IMG/VR virus record: IMGVR_UViG_3300031519_000136
Location: 1-31,340 of that record
From: a virus
Taxonomy: Duplodnaviria; Caudoviricetes
Strand: one strand, 5' to 3'
Length of the DNA stretch: 31,340 nucleotides
Both the position numbers and the translations under genes were made by a program. Shown here one piece after another: positions 8,299 through 17,619 of this stretch; the stretch's first letter is position 1, and each line of letters opens with the position of its first letter. The notes beneath the pieces were generated by a model, which saw nothing but the letters and a program-made list of their open reading frames with translations, did not search any database and was not told the DNA's origin.

Positions 8299-9105
8299 TT
8301 AAAAAGGACCTAGGTTTTCTGTTTCTGCTCTCATTTTTTCTAAGAGTTTACGAGATATGATTTTTACTTCTTTTGAGAATTCACCTTTATCAATAATCCA
8401 TTGAATATATCTTGCATCTGTTTCATACACTTCTTTAAACGGTTTACCCTTGTTCTTACCAAAGTTAAATACAATTTCTCGTTTACCATTTATTTCAGCA
8501 AATTTATATTTGCCACTAAGGTCAACTTGATCTTTTCTTGATTCATTTACAACATCATCAATTTCTTTTGCTGTTGTAGGCATATCATAAAGCTCTTTCT
8601 GCTTTTGGAATATTTCCATTGTTGCACGAATATCAACATCAGCTCTATGTGCACCCTCTAAATCCTTTCCTGTATATTTTTTATATGCAGTACTTAAATC
8701 TCGACGTTCATATTTTGAGTAAATTAAAAAGGGATCTATTACTGCTCTTTTGCGATGTGAGAATGCAATACCACTTCTCATGAATTCTTCTACGAGCATT
8801 GGTATATCAAAATAGAGTGCATTATATCCACCTAAGTCGCTATCTTCAATAAAATCTAAAACTTCTTTAGCTATTAAATTAAATTGTGGTGCATCTTTTA
8901 ATTGTTCTGGTAATATACCGTGCTTGTCTTGGGCTTCTTGTCGCATAACAGCATCAGGGCCGGGATTAACTAATGACTGAAAGGAATCTATCTCATTACC
9001 ATCAGCATCTGTCTTAATCATTGCAATCTCAATAATTCTATCATTACTTGGGTTAACCCCTGTGGTTTCTAAATCAAACCAAACTATGTTCTTTACATTT
9101 TCCAT
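8299..9105 (-). CDS. DEDDh 3'-5' exonuclease (DnaQ/Pol III epsilon-like) with C-terminal FGK-x-KG domain
   Basis: ExoI FDLETTG, ExoII GYNALYFD, ExoIII AHRADVD; C-terminal FNFGKNKGKPFKEV...YIQWI. Confidence 0.9.
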   Translation of the reverse strand: MENVKNIVWFDLETTGVNPSNDRIIEIAMIKTDADGNEIDSFQSLVNPGPDAVMRQEAQDKHGILPEQLKDAPQFNLIAKEVLDFIEDSDLGGYNALYFDIPMLVEEFMRSGIAFSHRKRAVIDPFLIYSKYERRDLSTAYKKYTGKDLEGAHRADVDIRATMEIFQKQKELYDMPTTAKEIDDVVNESRKDQVDLSGKYKFAEINGKREIVFNFGKNKGKPFKEVYETDARYIQWIIDKGEFSKEVKIISRKLLEKMRAETENLGPF

Positions 9106-9147
9106 ATTATACTTTTTAAACTATACTATTCCAGATTCTCTCTGTTA

Positions 9148-9179
9148 TATTTTATATAGCTAAAGTATAAAAAAGTTTT
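9148..9179 (-). promoter_or_regulatory. Putative bipartite promoter AAAAC-N18-TATAAAATA
   Basis: Aligned copy of the motif upstream of the exonuclease. Confidence 0.55.
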
Positions 9180-9195
9180 AAGATTTTAGAAATTA

Positions 9196-11913
9196 TTAAG
9201 GATTAGTATCGTCTACTAAGGCTGAAATTGCTACTGGCAATTGTTTCATGGTTGAATTTAATTGAGATAATGTAAAATTAATTTTATTCATTGATCTTTT
9301 TAAACCTTGATTAGAAGTTGTTTCTGTCCCTCCTCCGCTTACTTGTTCACTATCACCATTTATTGCGCCGTTGATGGCATTACCTATACTATCGCCTTGG
9401 GCACCTAAGATATCTCTTATTTCTTCAACTGCATTAGATAGTGCTCGGTATGCTCTTCTATTATTAGATAATTCCCCAGCACCTTTAAATAAATTACCTA
9501 GTGAATCTGCCTTATATGCATCTATAGAATTAATGGCATTTGATATAGATTGAATATCAGTAGCAGCTTTAGCTAATGACCCGTCTTGTGCGACATCCCC
9601 TAAAGTTACAATGAATGTTGAGAAGTCTTTTAGTTGTAGTGATATTTCTGGGTTAGCTGCATAAAGATCAGTAAATGCAGTTCCTATTGATGTTAATAGA
9701 GTTCCAATAGATTTTGCAACAGAAACAGGTTTAAAATCTCCACTAAACGCTTTAAGGCCAGCTGCAATATCAGTTAACGCCGCTCCCGCCCCGTCTACTG
9801 CATCAATACCTTTTTCAATTTTATTTTCATCCCAAGTAAATCCTAAGAAACTTCCACCATCTTTATCTTCCATTTTAGCACCACCAACAGAAGCAAAAGC
9901 CTGGCCTACCATGCCTAAGACTGCTTTAATTTTTGCTGCTGTTGCGTTTGGATTTTTTAAACCTGCAAATTTTTCTAACCCTGTTGCAATATTTGTTAAT
10001 TCCTTGCCTGCACCTTTAACAGATCTAATACCTTCTTCTGTTGCTGTTGACTTAATACCAAATAAACCACTAAAAAATCCACCTGATTCAACATCTTGAT
10101 CCGAGCCACCTATTGCAGCAAAAGCCTTTTGGACAAAACCTACCGTATTGATTACTGCGTATGCAAGTGTTCCTTCTTTTGGGTCATCAGGATCTCCAAA
10201 TTTAATTTTGCTATTTACTAATTTTTGAAATTCAGTTAAACCTTTGGCAATCCCAGTTAATGCATTACCTGCATTCATGACAGAATCAACACCTCGCTCA
10301 ACTGCATTAGGACTGAATGTATTTCCAAAAAACGCGCCAAGTAAACCACCAGGGCTTGCAGGTTCCCCGCCTGCTTGCGCAAATGCTGCATTAACAGAAC
10401 CTAATGCAAGCGCGAGTTCTTTAGAATCATCTTCAGTAAATTCTACAGCTTTAAATGCAGCTAACCCTTTTGATAATTCTTGCAACGCCACCCCTGCACC
10501 TATATACATTTCAGCGGCTCCACCACCTACAGCACTCTGTCCTATTCTACTAAATACATTACCAACATTTGCAAAGAATCCTGCCTCAGGGTCAACCCCA
10601 GCAAAGGCCATTGCAACAGCACCTAATGTAGTAGCCAAGTTCGTCGCATCTGATTCTGTGTACTCTAGATCTTTCATTGCTTGCAAACCGGGTGCTAATA
10701 ATAATAATGCACCACCAGCAGCAGCAAATAAAACAGGACCTAAAAGAGCAGCCCCTGCGGTTGCAGCAACCGCCACACCTGCTATCCCCATTACTGCACC
10801 TATAGCTACTAATAATGCTGATTGTTTTAATATATCACCTAGGCCTAATCCTTCAGTAGCTTTTGCAAATGGAGTATACCCTAAACTAAATACCATTAAT
10901 CCTAAACCATTAACTGCTAATGCTGTAGCACCCATTAAAATGTTACCTATTCCAAATTTTCCAACTAGTGCTGCGGCACCACCTATTGCTAATATCGTAG
11001 CACCCTGAATAAGAACATCCTTAAAACCTATTGCTTTAGTTGCCATTGCAAAGAATGCCACACCTAAAGCAAACGGCACTAATGCAACACCTACAAGAAC
11101 CAGGCCTAATGAACCTCTTCTAATTCTTTTAGACATTTTTTCTCCACCTAATAAAGCAACAGCACCACCTATTAAAACTAATGATGCAACCATTCCTATT
11201 AAAATAGAAGGAACCATTATAATAAATAATGTGGCAACTGCAAATAAAGCTAATCCTATACCGAATGCCTTTATAGCATCACCCATCGCGTCCAGAGCTC
11301 TAGACCCTTTATTAATCGGTTTGCTTAACATACCTAATAAAGCCATAGCCCCGCCTACTAAAGCAATTGATGTTAACAAAAATGGTATAGCTATCATACC
11401 AGGAATTATTAGTAAAGCAGATAACGCTAATGCTTTAGCAAATTTAAGAATTGCCCCACCTATAAGATCAAGGTTATCTATTCCTTTTTTAACATCTTCA
11501 GGTTTTTGTTTTGCTAATACCTCAAAGGTTTGTGTTACAAAGTCTGTAAATTTAGTAACTGCTTTCTTTGGTACTAAACTCCACAATAACATTCCCGTTG
11601 CAGTTTTCGTAGCACCTACTCCTAAAAGATTAAGGGTTTCACCAGCACCTGCAACTTCCTTTTTATTTTTACCCCCTCTGGAAAAAAGACCTGGTGTTAT
11701 GCCTCTCATACTTCTTGATGTATTTGCCTCAATGGCAAATAATAAATCAGTCTGTGCAGTAAGTTGAGTAACAATAGCACGATCTAACCCACCGCCTGAA
11801 TTACTACCAATAGAAACTGCAATAAGAGCATCTAATTTTTCATTAGTGATCTGTGCAGCAGCCTCTATTTTTGATAGAGGATCCATTAAATCTTTAAGAG
11901 TTACTATAGCCAT
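9196..11913 (-). CDS. Tape measure protein-like, with hydrophobic membrane segments
   Basis: 905 aa, Ala/Gly-rich and helical; many hydrophobic stretches; repeated AFAxxGG...G[VI]xxVxxAGxxLTxIAxGLxxF units; located downstream of sheath, tube and chaperone genes. Confidence 0.7.
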   Translation of the reverse strand: MAIVTLKDLMDPLSKIEAAAQITNEKLDALIAVSIGSNSGGGLDRAIVTQLTAQTDLLFAIEANTSRSMRGITPGLFSRGGKNKKEVAGAGETLNLLGVGATKTATGMLLWSLVPKKAVTKFTDFVTQTFEVLAKQKPEDVKKGIDNLDLIGGAILKFAKALALSALLIIPGMIAIPFLLTSIALVGGAMALLGMLSKPINKGSRALDAMGDAIKAFGIGLALFAVATLFIIMVPSILIGMVASLVLIGGAVALLGGEKMSKRIRRGSLGLVLVGVALVPFALGVAFFAMATKAIGFKDVLIQGATILAIGGAAALVGKFGIGNILMGATALAVNGLGLMVFSLGYTPFAKATEGLGLGDILKQSALLVAIGAVMGIAGVAVAATAGAALLGPVLFAAAGGALLLLAPGLQAMKDLEYTESDATNLATTLGAVAMAFAGVDPEAGFFANVGNVFSRIGQSAVGGGAAEMYIGAGVALQELSKGLAAFKAVEFTEDDSKELALALGSVNAAFAQAGGEPASPGGLLGAFFGNTFSPNAVERGVDSVMNAGNALTGIAKGLTEFQKLVNSKIKFGDPDDPKEGTLAYAVINTVGFVQKAFAAIGGSDQDVESGGFFSGLFGIKSTATEEGIRSVKGAGKELTNIATGLEKFAGLKNPNATAAKIKAVLGMVGQAFASVGGAKMEDKDGGSFLGFTWDENKIEKGIDAVDGAGAALTDIAAGLKAFSGDFKPVSVAKSIGTLLTSIGTAFTDLYAANPEISLQLKDFSTFIVTLGDVAQDGSLAKAATDIQSISNAINSIDAYKADSLGNLFKGAGELSNNRRAYRALSNAVEEIRDILGAQGDSIGNAINGAINGDSEQVSGGGTETTSNQGLKRSMNKINFTLSQLNSTMKQLPVAISALVDDTNP

Positions 11914-11926
11914 TCAATCTATTTAT

Positions 11927-12200
11927 TTAAAACTTTGGCATACTAATATTAGGCATAGATGGCGCTTTAAAAGAACTCATCTGTTTGCTCATAGACTTAG
12001 ACATGCTATCGGTATTATATTTATCCGAATAAGATTGAGTATTCTGTTTATCCTCGTTATTACGATCCTTGAGAATCTCATTAAACATTTCTAAAGTAAA
12101 TTCATATTCATAGAAAGGAAGCAAATCCAGCTCTGAAGGCTGGAGATGCAACTTTTCCAATAGTAGAACTCGTACTTTATAAAAGTTCAGAAGAGATATC
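11927..12200 (-). CDS. Baseplate hub assembly catalyst / tail chaperone C-terminal part (gp51-like); true start uncertain
   Basis: LLNFYKVRVLLLEKLHLQPSELDLLPFYEYEFTLEMF resembles the small T4-like ORF that follows gp26-like genes. No ATG precedes this region; options are TTG at 12160 or a frameshift. The upper coordinate is approximate. Confidence 0.55.
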
Positions 12201-13181
12201 TTGAATAATAAAGAGAGCTTTGATCCCGCCGGGAAACGTGAGCGGTACAGTGACCTCCTCACTGCAACTTTCACATGGAAAAACAAACTCTGGCTTAACT
12301 CCAATTTTAGCTTTTTCTACTAATCTATAAATAATTGAATACTTACTGGCATCCCAGCCTTGAAAACTGGTAATTGCTGAAAATATTTGTTTGTCATTAA
12401 ATCCTCGCCATTCTCTCTGTATGTAAGGTAGAATTGCCAGCGATGATTTATCCCATGGTTTATTTTGTTCTTCTCTACTTCTTATCCAATCAGTAACAGC
12501 TCTCATTACACCGATTGTAGGTGGTGCAATAACTATTTCACCATGATTCTTTGTAGGTACTGTAAAACATTTATTAGTTACATCATAATACTTTTCTAAT
12601 AAATCATCAGTTTCATTAAATTGAAGATTTCCTGTTCTAAGCTCAACAGATTCTTGTGATTTACAAGTTCCTGATTTACAATTCTTTCTTCCAACTGGCA
12701 TCATCAGTTTATTTTCCCCGTCCTTAAATGTTAACTCTCTAATAGATAGGATTAGATATATTCTATCCTCCTCTAAGACGTCTCGATATGATCCCCTTTG
12801 GTTACCATACATAATTTTTGTACAGTTCACTAGAAGTGAGTTTAGCTTTTCATCTACATCTAAAATATTTTCTTCATCTAATGTTGAGAATTCTCTAATC
12901 TCACCAACTCTTGCGGCTCTGATATGAATTTCAAAATCTTCTCTATAAAATTGCCCACCAGATGGAAAGTTCGCTAAATCTAATTTAATATAACCTGTTA
13001 GTGCTTGTATTCTTTGAATTTCTGGATCGTCTACCGATGTTATACCTGAACCCTTACTAGTATTTACTTTACCTAATTCTGTAATTTTACCATCTGTATT
13101 TGTTTTTACCTCAGCCTTAGTATCTACAATACCTTCTGCTGCTTCAAATTCTTTCTTAATGTTGTCTTCGTGACTACTCAT
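12177..13181 (-). CDS. Baseplate hub assembly protein / tail assembly chaperone (gp26-like)
   Basis: PSGG.FY, IRAARVGE, DRIYLILSIRELT, PPTIG, C-terminal CESC; lies between tube and tape measure. Confidence 0.7.
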   Translation of the reverse strand: MSSHEDNIKKEFEAAEGIVDTKAEVKTNTDGKITELGKVNTSKGSGITSVDDPEIQRIQALTGYIKLDLANFPSGGQFYREDFEIHIRAARVGEIREFSTLDEENILDVDEKLNSLLVNCTKIMYGNQRGSYRDVLEEDRIYLILSIRELTFKDGENKLMMPVGRKNCKSGTCKSQESVELRTGNLQFNETDDLLEKYYDVTNKCFTVPTKNHGEIVIAPPTIGVMRAVTDWIRSREEQNKPWDKSSLAILPYIQREWRGFNDKQIFSAITSFQGWDASKYSIIYRLVEKAKIGVKPEFVFPCESCSEEVTVPLTFPGGIKALFIIQDISSELL

Positions 13182-13183
13182 AA

Positions 13184-13654
13184 TTATTTAGTTTTTATTA
13201 ATTGTTTTTCTGGCGCAGTTTCTTTTACTATATGCTCTACTATTAATTGCCTAACATATTTAGATACTGGTAGCGGTTTTGTTTTATTTTCCATTGATTT
13301 TTCGATAATAATTGAATTTAAATTATCTTCATCTTCTGGTGTTAAAAGAACTTGTAATTTTTTTGTAAGTCTCTTTTTTTGTGGAATTAATTCTTGTACG
13401 CTTTCGTTATATCCATATTTAGGATTATCGGCTTTATAATTTTTTATCCAAAATTCTAGCCTTTCCATTATATAGCTTAATGATTCCTCAGATTTAAATT
13501 CTTCAAGAATAGTTTTTTTGAAAGATCTTGTTCCAAAATCTTTAACTGCTCTTTTAATATATTTACCTGCTCCTAAATTATTAGGGTTATCATTAATCGA
13601 ATAACCTACATAAACTTTACCACCTACTGTGTTTTCTACTTTAAAGATTGTCAT
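13184..13654 (-). CDS. Degenerate GIY-YIG domain fused to a C-terminal ribbon-helix-helix-like domain
   Basis: TIFKVENTVGGKVYVG...LGAG..IKRAVKDFG...F...ILE...FWI...GYN follows the Seg-like GIY-YIG layout; the C-terminus KKLQVLLTPEDEDNL...VSKYVRQLIVEHI is RHH-like. Confidence 0.65.
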   Translation of the reverse strand: MTIFKVENTVGGKVYVGYSINDNPNNLGAGKYIKRAVKDFGTRSFKKTILEEFKSEESLSYIMERLEFWIKNYKADNPKYGYNESVQELIPQKKRLTKKLQVLLTPEDEDNLNSIIIEKSMENKTKPLPVSKYVRQLIVEHIVKETAPEKQLIKTK

Positions 13655-13697
13655 ATGTTTAGATTATATAATTTATAATATATATTAGAGTAAAGAC

Positions 13698-13722
13698 AAA
13701 AAAACTGGCCCTAGAGCCAGTT
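13698..13722 (-). terminator. Rho-independent terminator after the tail tube gene
   Basis: Minus strand AACTGGCTCTAGGGCCAG followed by a T tract: GC-rich hairpin plus U run. Confidence 0.8.
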
Positions 13723-13748
13723 CTTTATAAAATATTATTTAGAGTTTA

Positions 13749-14306
13749 TTATGTAGTACCTACGTTTTCCTCAACCCAGTGATCACAACGATAAGTCATT
13801 GTTAACTCAGCAGGATCTGGAGTTTCATAATTTAATTCATCTACAAAATCAGGTTGACCTGTAGGGAATACATCTTTACAAGTAATCTTCCTAAAGATAT
13901 CACCTGCTCTATTATATTGTACAATGATCATACTTCCAACATAGTCTTTCTTTAATCCCATTTCACCAGTTAATGGATCATAGATTAATTTATACCAATT
14001 ACGGAATGTATTGTAAATGTAATTTTCATTAGCCTCGTTTAAGTTAAGACTAAAGTTAATAGTCAGATCTAAAAATGTTTGGGCTGGCATACCTGCAAAT
14101 GAACGATCTGCAAACTTATATTTCTGGCCTACTGCATCTATTGATGGGTTTAAGTTATTTAAACCTCCTATAGTTTTAACTTGCTCTAAGATTAAACCTG
14201 TATCATCTCCTAATGGTGAAAATACAGTCACCTCAAACAGGTTAGGCTGAATAGGTTCGTACCTTTGGCTACTTGCCCTTGATTGAGTATAATGTGGTAA
14301 TGGCAT
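13749..14306 (-). CDS. gp19: Tail tube protein (gp19-like)
   Basis: EPIQPNLFEV, FRNWYKLIYDPLTG...KKDY, IVQYNRAG, FPT, ELTMTYRCDHW; immediately downstream of the sheath gene. Confidence 0.85.
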   Translation of the reverse strand: MPLPHYTQSRASSQRYEPIQPNLFEVTVFSPLGDDTGLILEQVKTIGGLNNLNPSIDAVGQKYKFADRSFAGMPAQTFLDLTINFSLNLNEANENYIYNTFRNWYKLIYDPLTGEMGLKKDYVGSMIIVQYNRAGDIFRKITCKDVFPTGQPDFVDELNYETPDPAELTMTYRCDHWVEENVGTT

Positions 14307-14321
14307 AGTTTATTTTATTTT

Positions 14322-14332
14322 TTTATATATTC
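14322..14332 (-). promoter_or_regulatory. Putative late promoter GAATATATAAA
   Basis: Exact motif 15 nt upstream of the tube ATG. Confidence 0.65.
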
Positions 14333-14347
14333 TATTTTAGTTTCTTC

Positions 14348-17300
14348 TTATTGGAAGTTTCCTGCACTAATGGCTCCTGTCTTTAGAATTGTTGTTCTCT
14401 GTACGAGAATTTCCATTCCTCTTACTGGTTCAATATATGTATCTAAGATACCTACATTTTGATTAATAACTTCTGGTGTATTATTACTTCCATCCATTAC
14501 ATTTTTATAATCGTATACGCCATCATCATTTTGAACAGTTGATAAGAAATTATCAGCTAGTGTTTTAATTTCTAATCTAGTCTGAGCAGTATTAAATTCA
14601 AATAGATAGTTTCTAAGGATTGCTTCAATACCATCTTGGATATAAATTACAACCTCCCTACAGTTAATCGAACTTAATGCAGATTTTGTAGTCTGTTGTG
14701 CAGTTTTATTTGCGAAGATTGTTGGCCCAGTTCCATTTTGGAATACTATTGGATTTAATCCGAATGGTTCTAAGAATTCTCTGTCCTCTTTTCCAAGATT
14801 GATTTCTAATCCTACAACCCCTGATCCACCTACAACACCTCGACGAACTCCTGCAACTAATGACCACGGTAAAGCGTTTTCATATTTTGCAATAAAGTTA
14901 TTAGATACGTATGCAGCTGGTGCAACATTTATATTTCTACCTAAATCCCTAACAGTAATAAATGGATAATAGAATGCTCCCCAACTCGCGCCTTGCGTTT
15001 GTGATGGTAATGAGTATCTTACTGTAGGATTCTTAGAAAGATCACCACCAGTAGAAATAAATCTAGATGATAAACTTCCAGTTAGATCTTTAAATGATGG
15101 GTCTGTATTGTTCTTAAAGTCTTTAGCAGATGGTGCATTCAATATTGCAAATGCATTTTTCCTTGTGGATGCTAAAGTTGTATAAATTGACTTAGATCCT
15201 GCTTCAATCCCGTTTCCGAAAGTATCTACAATATATCTATAATTTATTACATCTCTATCAGTTAATGCTTTAAATAAATTTGTTCCATTTAAAGTACCGT
15301 TTAAGATAGCATTCTGTCTTTCGTTTGTTCCATTAGGTACATGTGTTGAAGTTAATTTAAATCCATCTAAAGTAAATACATTTAAATAATCAATCCATGC
15401 ATCAATAGGATAATATAACTCTACCTTAACTACATCTCCACCTCCTTGCACTACTGTTGTTGTTGCAATTTCACTTTGGCATGTTACTAATAATGCAGTT
15501 GAAGCTGCAGGTATAGTACTATATTCAGCATTAGTTAAACCACCTACAACTACATTAATTCTTGTTAACCTTGAATGTGGCACGGCAGCAGAACCTTCAG
15601 AATGTACTAAGTAGTTTCCTACAACCACAGCCGCAGCATCAGGGTTAGTTGTAGCTATTAAAACTTGGTTAGGCTTCAGAGAAGGTTCGGTAATTGAATT
15701 TGCAATAATATCAATTGAAACGTTATTAGCACCTTTTAGTGTTTGGATTCCTAATGTACCTGCAGCATATGCAGTGGCATCAGAATTTAAAAATACTCCA
15801 CTTCCATCTAAAGTAAATTGGGCATAGGGTGTGAGATTATTAAATCCATCTTCTTCATAAGGGATTATCTGAACTGATGGTAAACTATATGCCGTGTCAG
15901 TTATTGGTATTGTCGTTGGGCCAGTAGTTGGATTAGCTTCATGAATAGATCCATAATCTACAGCATTAAATACTAAGAAACTTGAATATTGAGTTCCCCC
16001 AACTTCAAATACTGCCTCATCGCCATCAGTAAGAGTACCGCTTGCAAATTGATTATATAACGTAGAACCATAACTACCTATAATTCCTGCAGTTCCACTC
16101 ACATTTTCATCAGTAACAAATCCGAAGTCAGTTTCGTTAATATAGTTATAAGTTGCAGCTGTTGTAGGAAAATCACCTGGTACAACACTACCTACACTTG
16201 AAAGTGATATTGTTATTGTGCCACCTACAGTTTGCACAGCTGTTACTGGAACGTAGCCTTTACCTGTTACTAAGATATATGTTCCTACTGTAGTTGCATC
16301 ATTTGCAGTAAATGTAGCGAATGCATCCCATAATGCAGTTCCAGCACCACCTACTACTTGAACTTGTATATCTCCACTTGACAATGCAACAGAAGAAATA
16401 GTTTCTGTTGTTTGTGCTACAGAAGTTGATGGCGTTCCTGTACCAGTATAACTTAAGTCAGATACAATTGATCCACTGTATGATAAGAAATTAACATCGT
16501 CTTGGATGCTAGTAGTTTGAGTATATTCAAGGTTGTGTCCTATCATATCAATTCCACCTGCAACGCCATCGATTAATATATCACCATCAAAAAGATCTTC
16601 GTTAACTGCAACAAATAAACCAGTAGATGCAGTATCAGCATTAATAACTTTTTCTACGAAAAGGTTATTTCCTAGCAAATCAGTAAAGTTAGGAATTAAA
16701 GATGCAGTGTAAGTTGCAATAACACTAACCTCTGATTCATTAAAGAATTCTGCAATTTTTGTATCAGTTGCATCTGCATCAAATACTCTTCTTTTTAATC
16801 CTTGCGTCTTATCAAAATAAGTTTGGAATATTGGATCTGCTGCAAACCTTTCATAAGGTGTTAGAGGGTTATCAGCAAAGTCCCCACCAAAATTTCCATC
16901 TATTACAAATACATCAACTAAAAAGTCAGATACTAAACTATCCTTATCTAAAAATCCAGGTACATTTGCAGAACCATACCATTCTTCAACAGTTACATTA
17001 AATCCTGTTGAATTTGCATTTGATGCTTTTCTTACGATAACCGAAATAGGATTCTGCCCTAAATTAGTAAAATCTAATAAATCATTAGTAGTTGTAGAAC
17101 TAAGTGCTTGTGTATTAGCACCCACATTACTTAAAAATGCGTCTGTATCAGGATAAAAGAATTTATCTCGGTTGTACATTTTTTGGTATTCTCCTAATGC
17201 TCCTGCATTAGCCTGCACCTCAGGGGTTGCTGCTGTGCCAAATTTAATATACTCTACTTTATCGGCAGCTGTTAAGTTCAATAGATTAAGTGCAAGAATC

Positions 17301-17560
17301 GGACCTCTTTCCAATGCCGCTAAACAACTTCTCTGGAAAAATGAATCCTTTCTTTCTAGGTTTCTGTCAATGTCACCATAAACTTGTTTAAAGAATGCAG
17401 TGTCAGGTATAAATACTGGTGTATTGAAGGGCCCTGTTTTAGAGAAACCTACAATTAACCGTGTCTGATTAGCAGGGATGCTAACTACTTGCGATTTATC
17501 AAATTCAAATCGGTATGTCCCTGCTGCTTTAATCGAAGCGATTTTCGGATCTAATGCCAT
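14348..17560 (-). CDS. gp18: Contractile tail sheath protein (gp18-like), enlarged
   Basis: N-terminal AGTYRFEFDKS...VGFSKTGPFNTP; C-terminal PWSLVAGVRRG, LNPI, ANKT, SALSSINCRE, FEFNTAQTR, NNTPEVI, IEPVRGME. Confidence 0.92.
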   Translation of the reverse strand: MALDPKIASIKAAGTYRFEFDKSQVVSIPANQTRLIVGFSKTGPFNTPVFIPDTAFFKQVYGDIDRNLERKDSFFQRSCLAALERGPILALNLLNLTAADKVEYIKFGTAATPEVQANAGALGEYQKMYNRDKFFYPDTDAFLSNVGANTQALSSTTTNDLLDFTNLGQNPISVIVRKASNANSTGFNVTVEEWYGSANVPGFLDKDSLVSDFLVDVFVIDGNFGGDFADNPLTPYERFAADPIFQTYFDKTQGLKRRVFDADATDTKIAEFFNESEVSVIATYTASLIPNFTDLLGNNLFVEKVINADTASTGLFVAVNEDLFDGDILIDGVAGGIDMIGHNLEYTQTTSIQDDVNFLSYSGSIVSDLSYTGTGTPSTSVAQTTETISSVALSSGDIQVQVVGGAGTALWDAFATFTANDATTVGTYILVTGKGYVPVTAVQTVGGTITISLSSVGSVVPGDFPTTAATYNYINETDFGFVTDENVSGTAGIIGSYGSTLYNQFASGTLTDGDEAVFEVGGTQYSSFLVFNAVDYGSIHEANPTTGPTTIPITDTAYSLPSVQIIPYEEDGFNNLTPYAQFTLDGSGVFLNSDATAYAAGTLGIQTLKGANNVSIDIIANSITEPSLKPNQVLIATTNPDAAAVVVGNYLVHSEGSAAVPHSRLTRINVVVGGLTNAEYSTIPAASTALLVTCQSEIATTTVVQGGGDVVKVELYYPIDAWIDYLNVFTLDGFKLTSTHVPNGTNERQNAILNGTLNGTNLFKALTDRDVINYRYIVDTFGNGIEAGSKSIYTTLASTRKNAFAILNAPSAKDFKNNTDPSFKDLTGSLSSRFISTGGDLSKNPTVRYSLPSQTQGASWGAFYYPFITVRDLGRNINVAPAAYVSNNFIAKYENALPWSLVAGVRRGVVGGSGVVGLEINLGKEDREFLEPFGLNPIVFQNGTGPTIFANKTAQQTTKSALSSINCREVVIYIQDGIEAILRNYLFEFNTAQTRLEIKTLADNFLSTVQNDDGVYDYKNVMDGSNNTPEVINQNVGILDTYIEPVRGMEILVQRTTILKTGAISAGNFQ

Positions 17561-17592
17561 AACTTTATATTATATTTTTTTTACTTGCTTTT

Positions 17593-17603
17593 TTTATATA
17601 TCC
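17593..17603 (-). promoter_or_regulatory. Putative late promoter GGATATATAAA
   Basis: One-mismatch copy upstream of the sheath gene. Confidence 0.6.
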
Positions 17604-17619
17604 ACTAACTGGCAACTTT

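Noticed and set aside
12240-12304. TTG start at 12304 for the 125 aa ORF
   Set aside because: It would need a 128 nt overlap with the upstream gene and has no A-rich leader.
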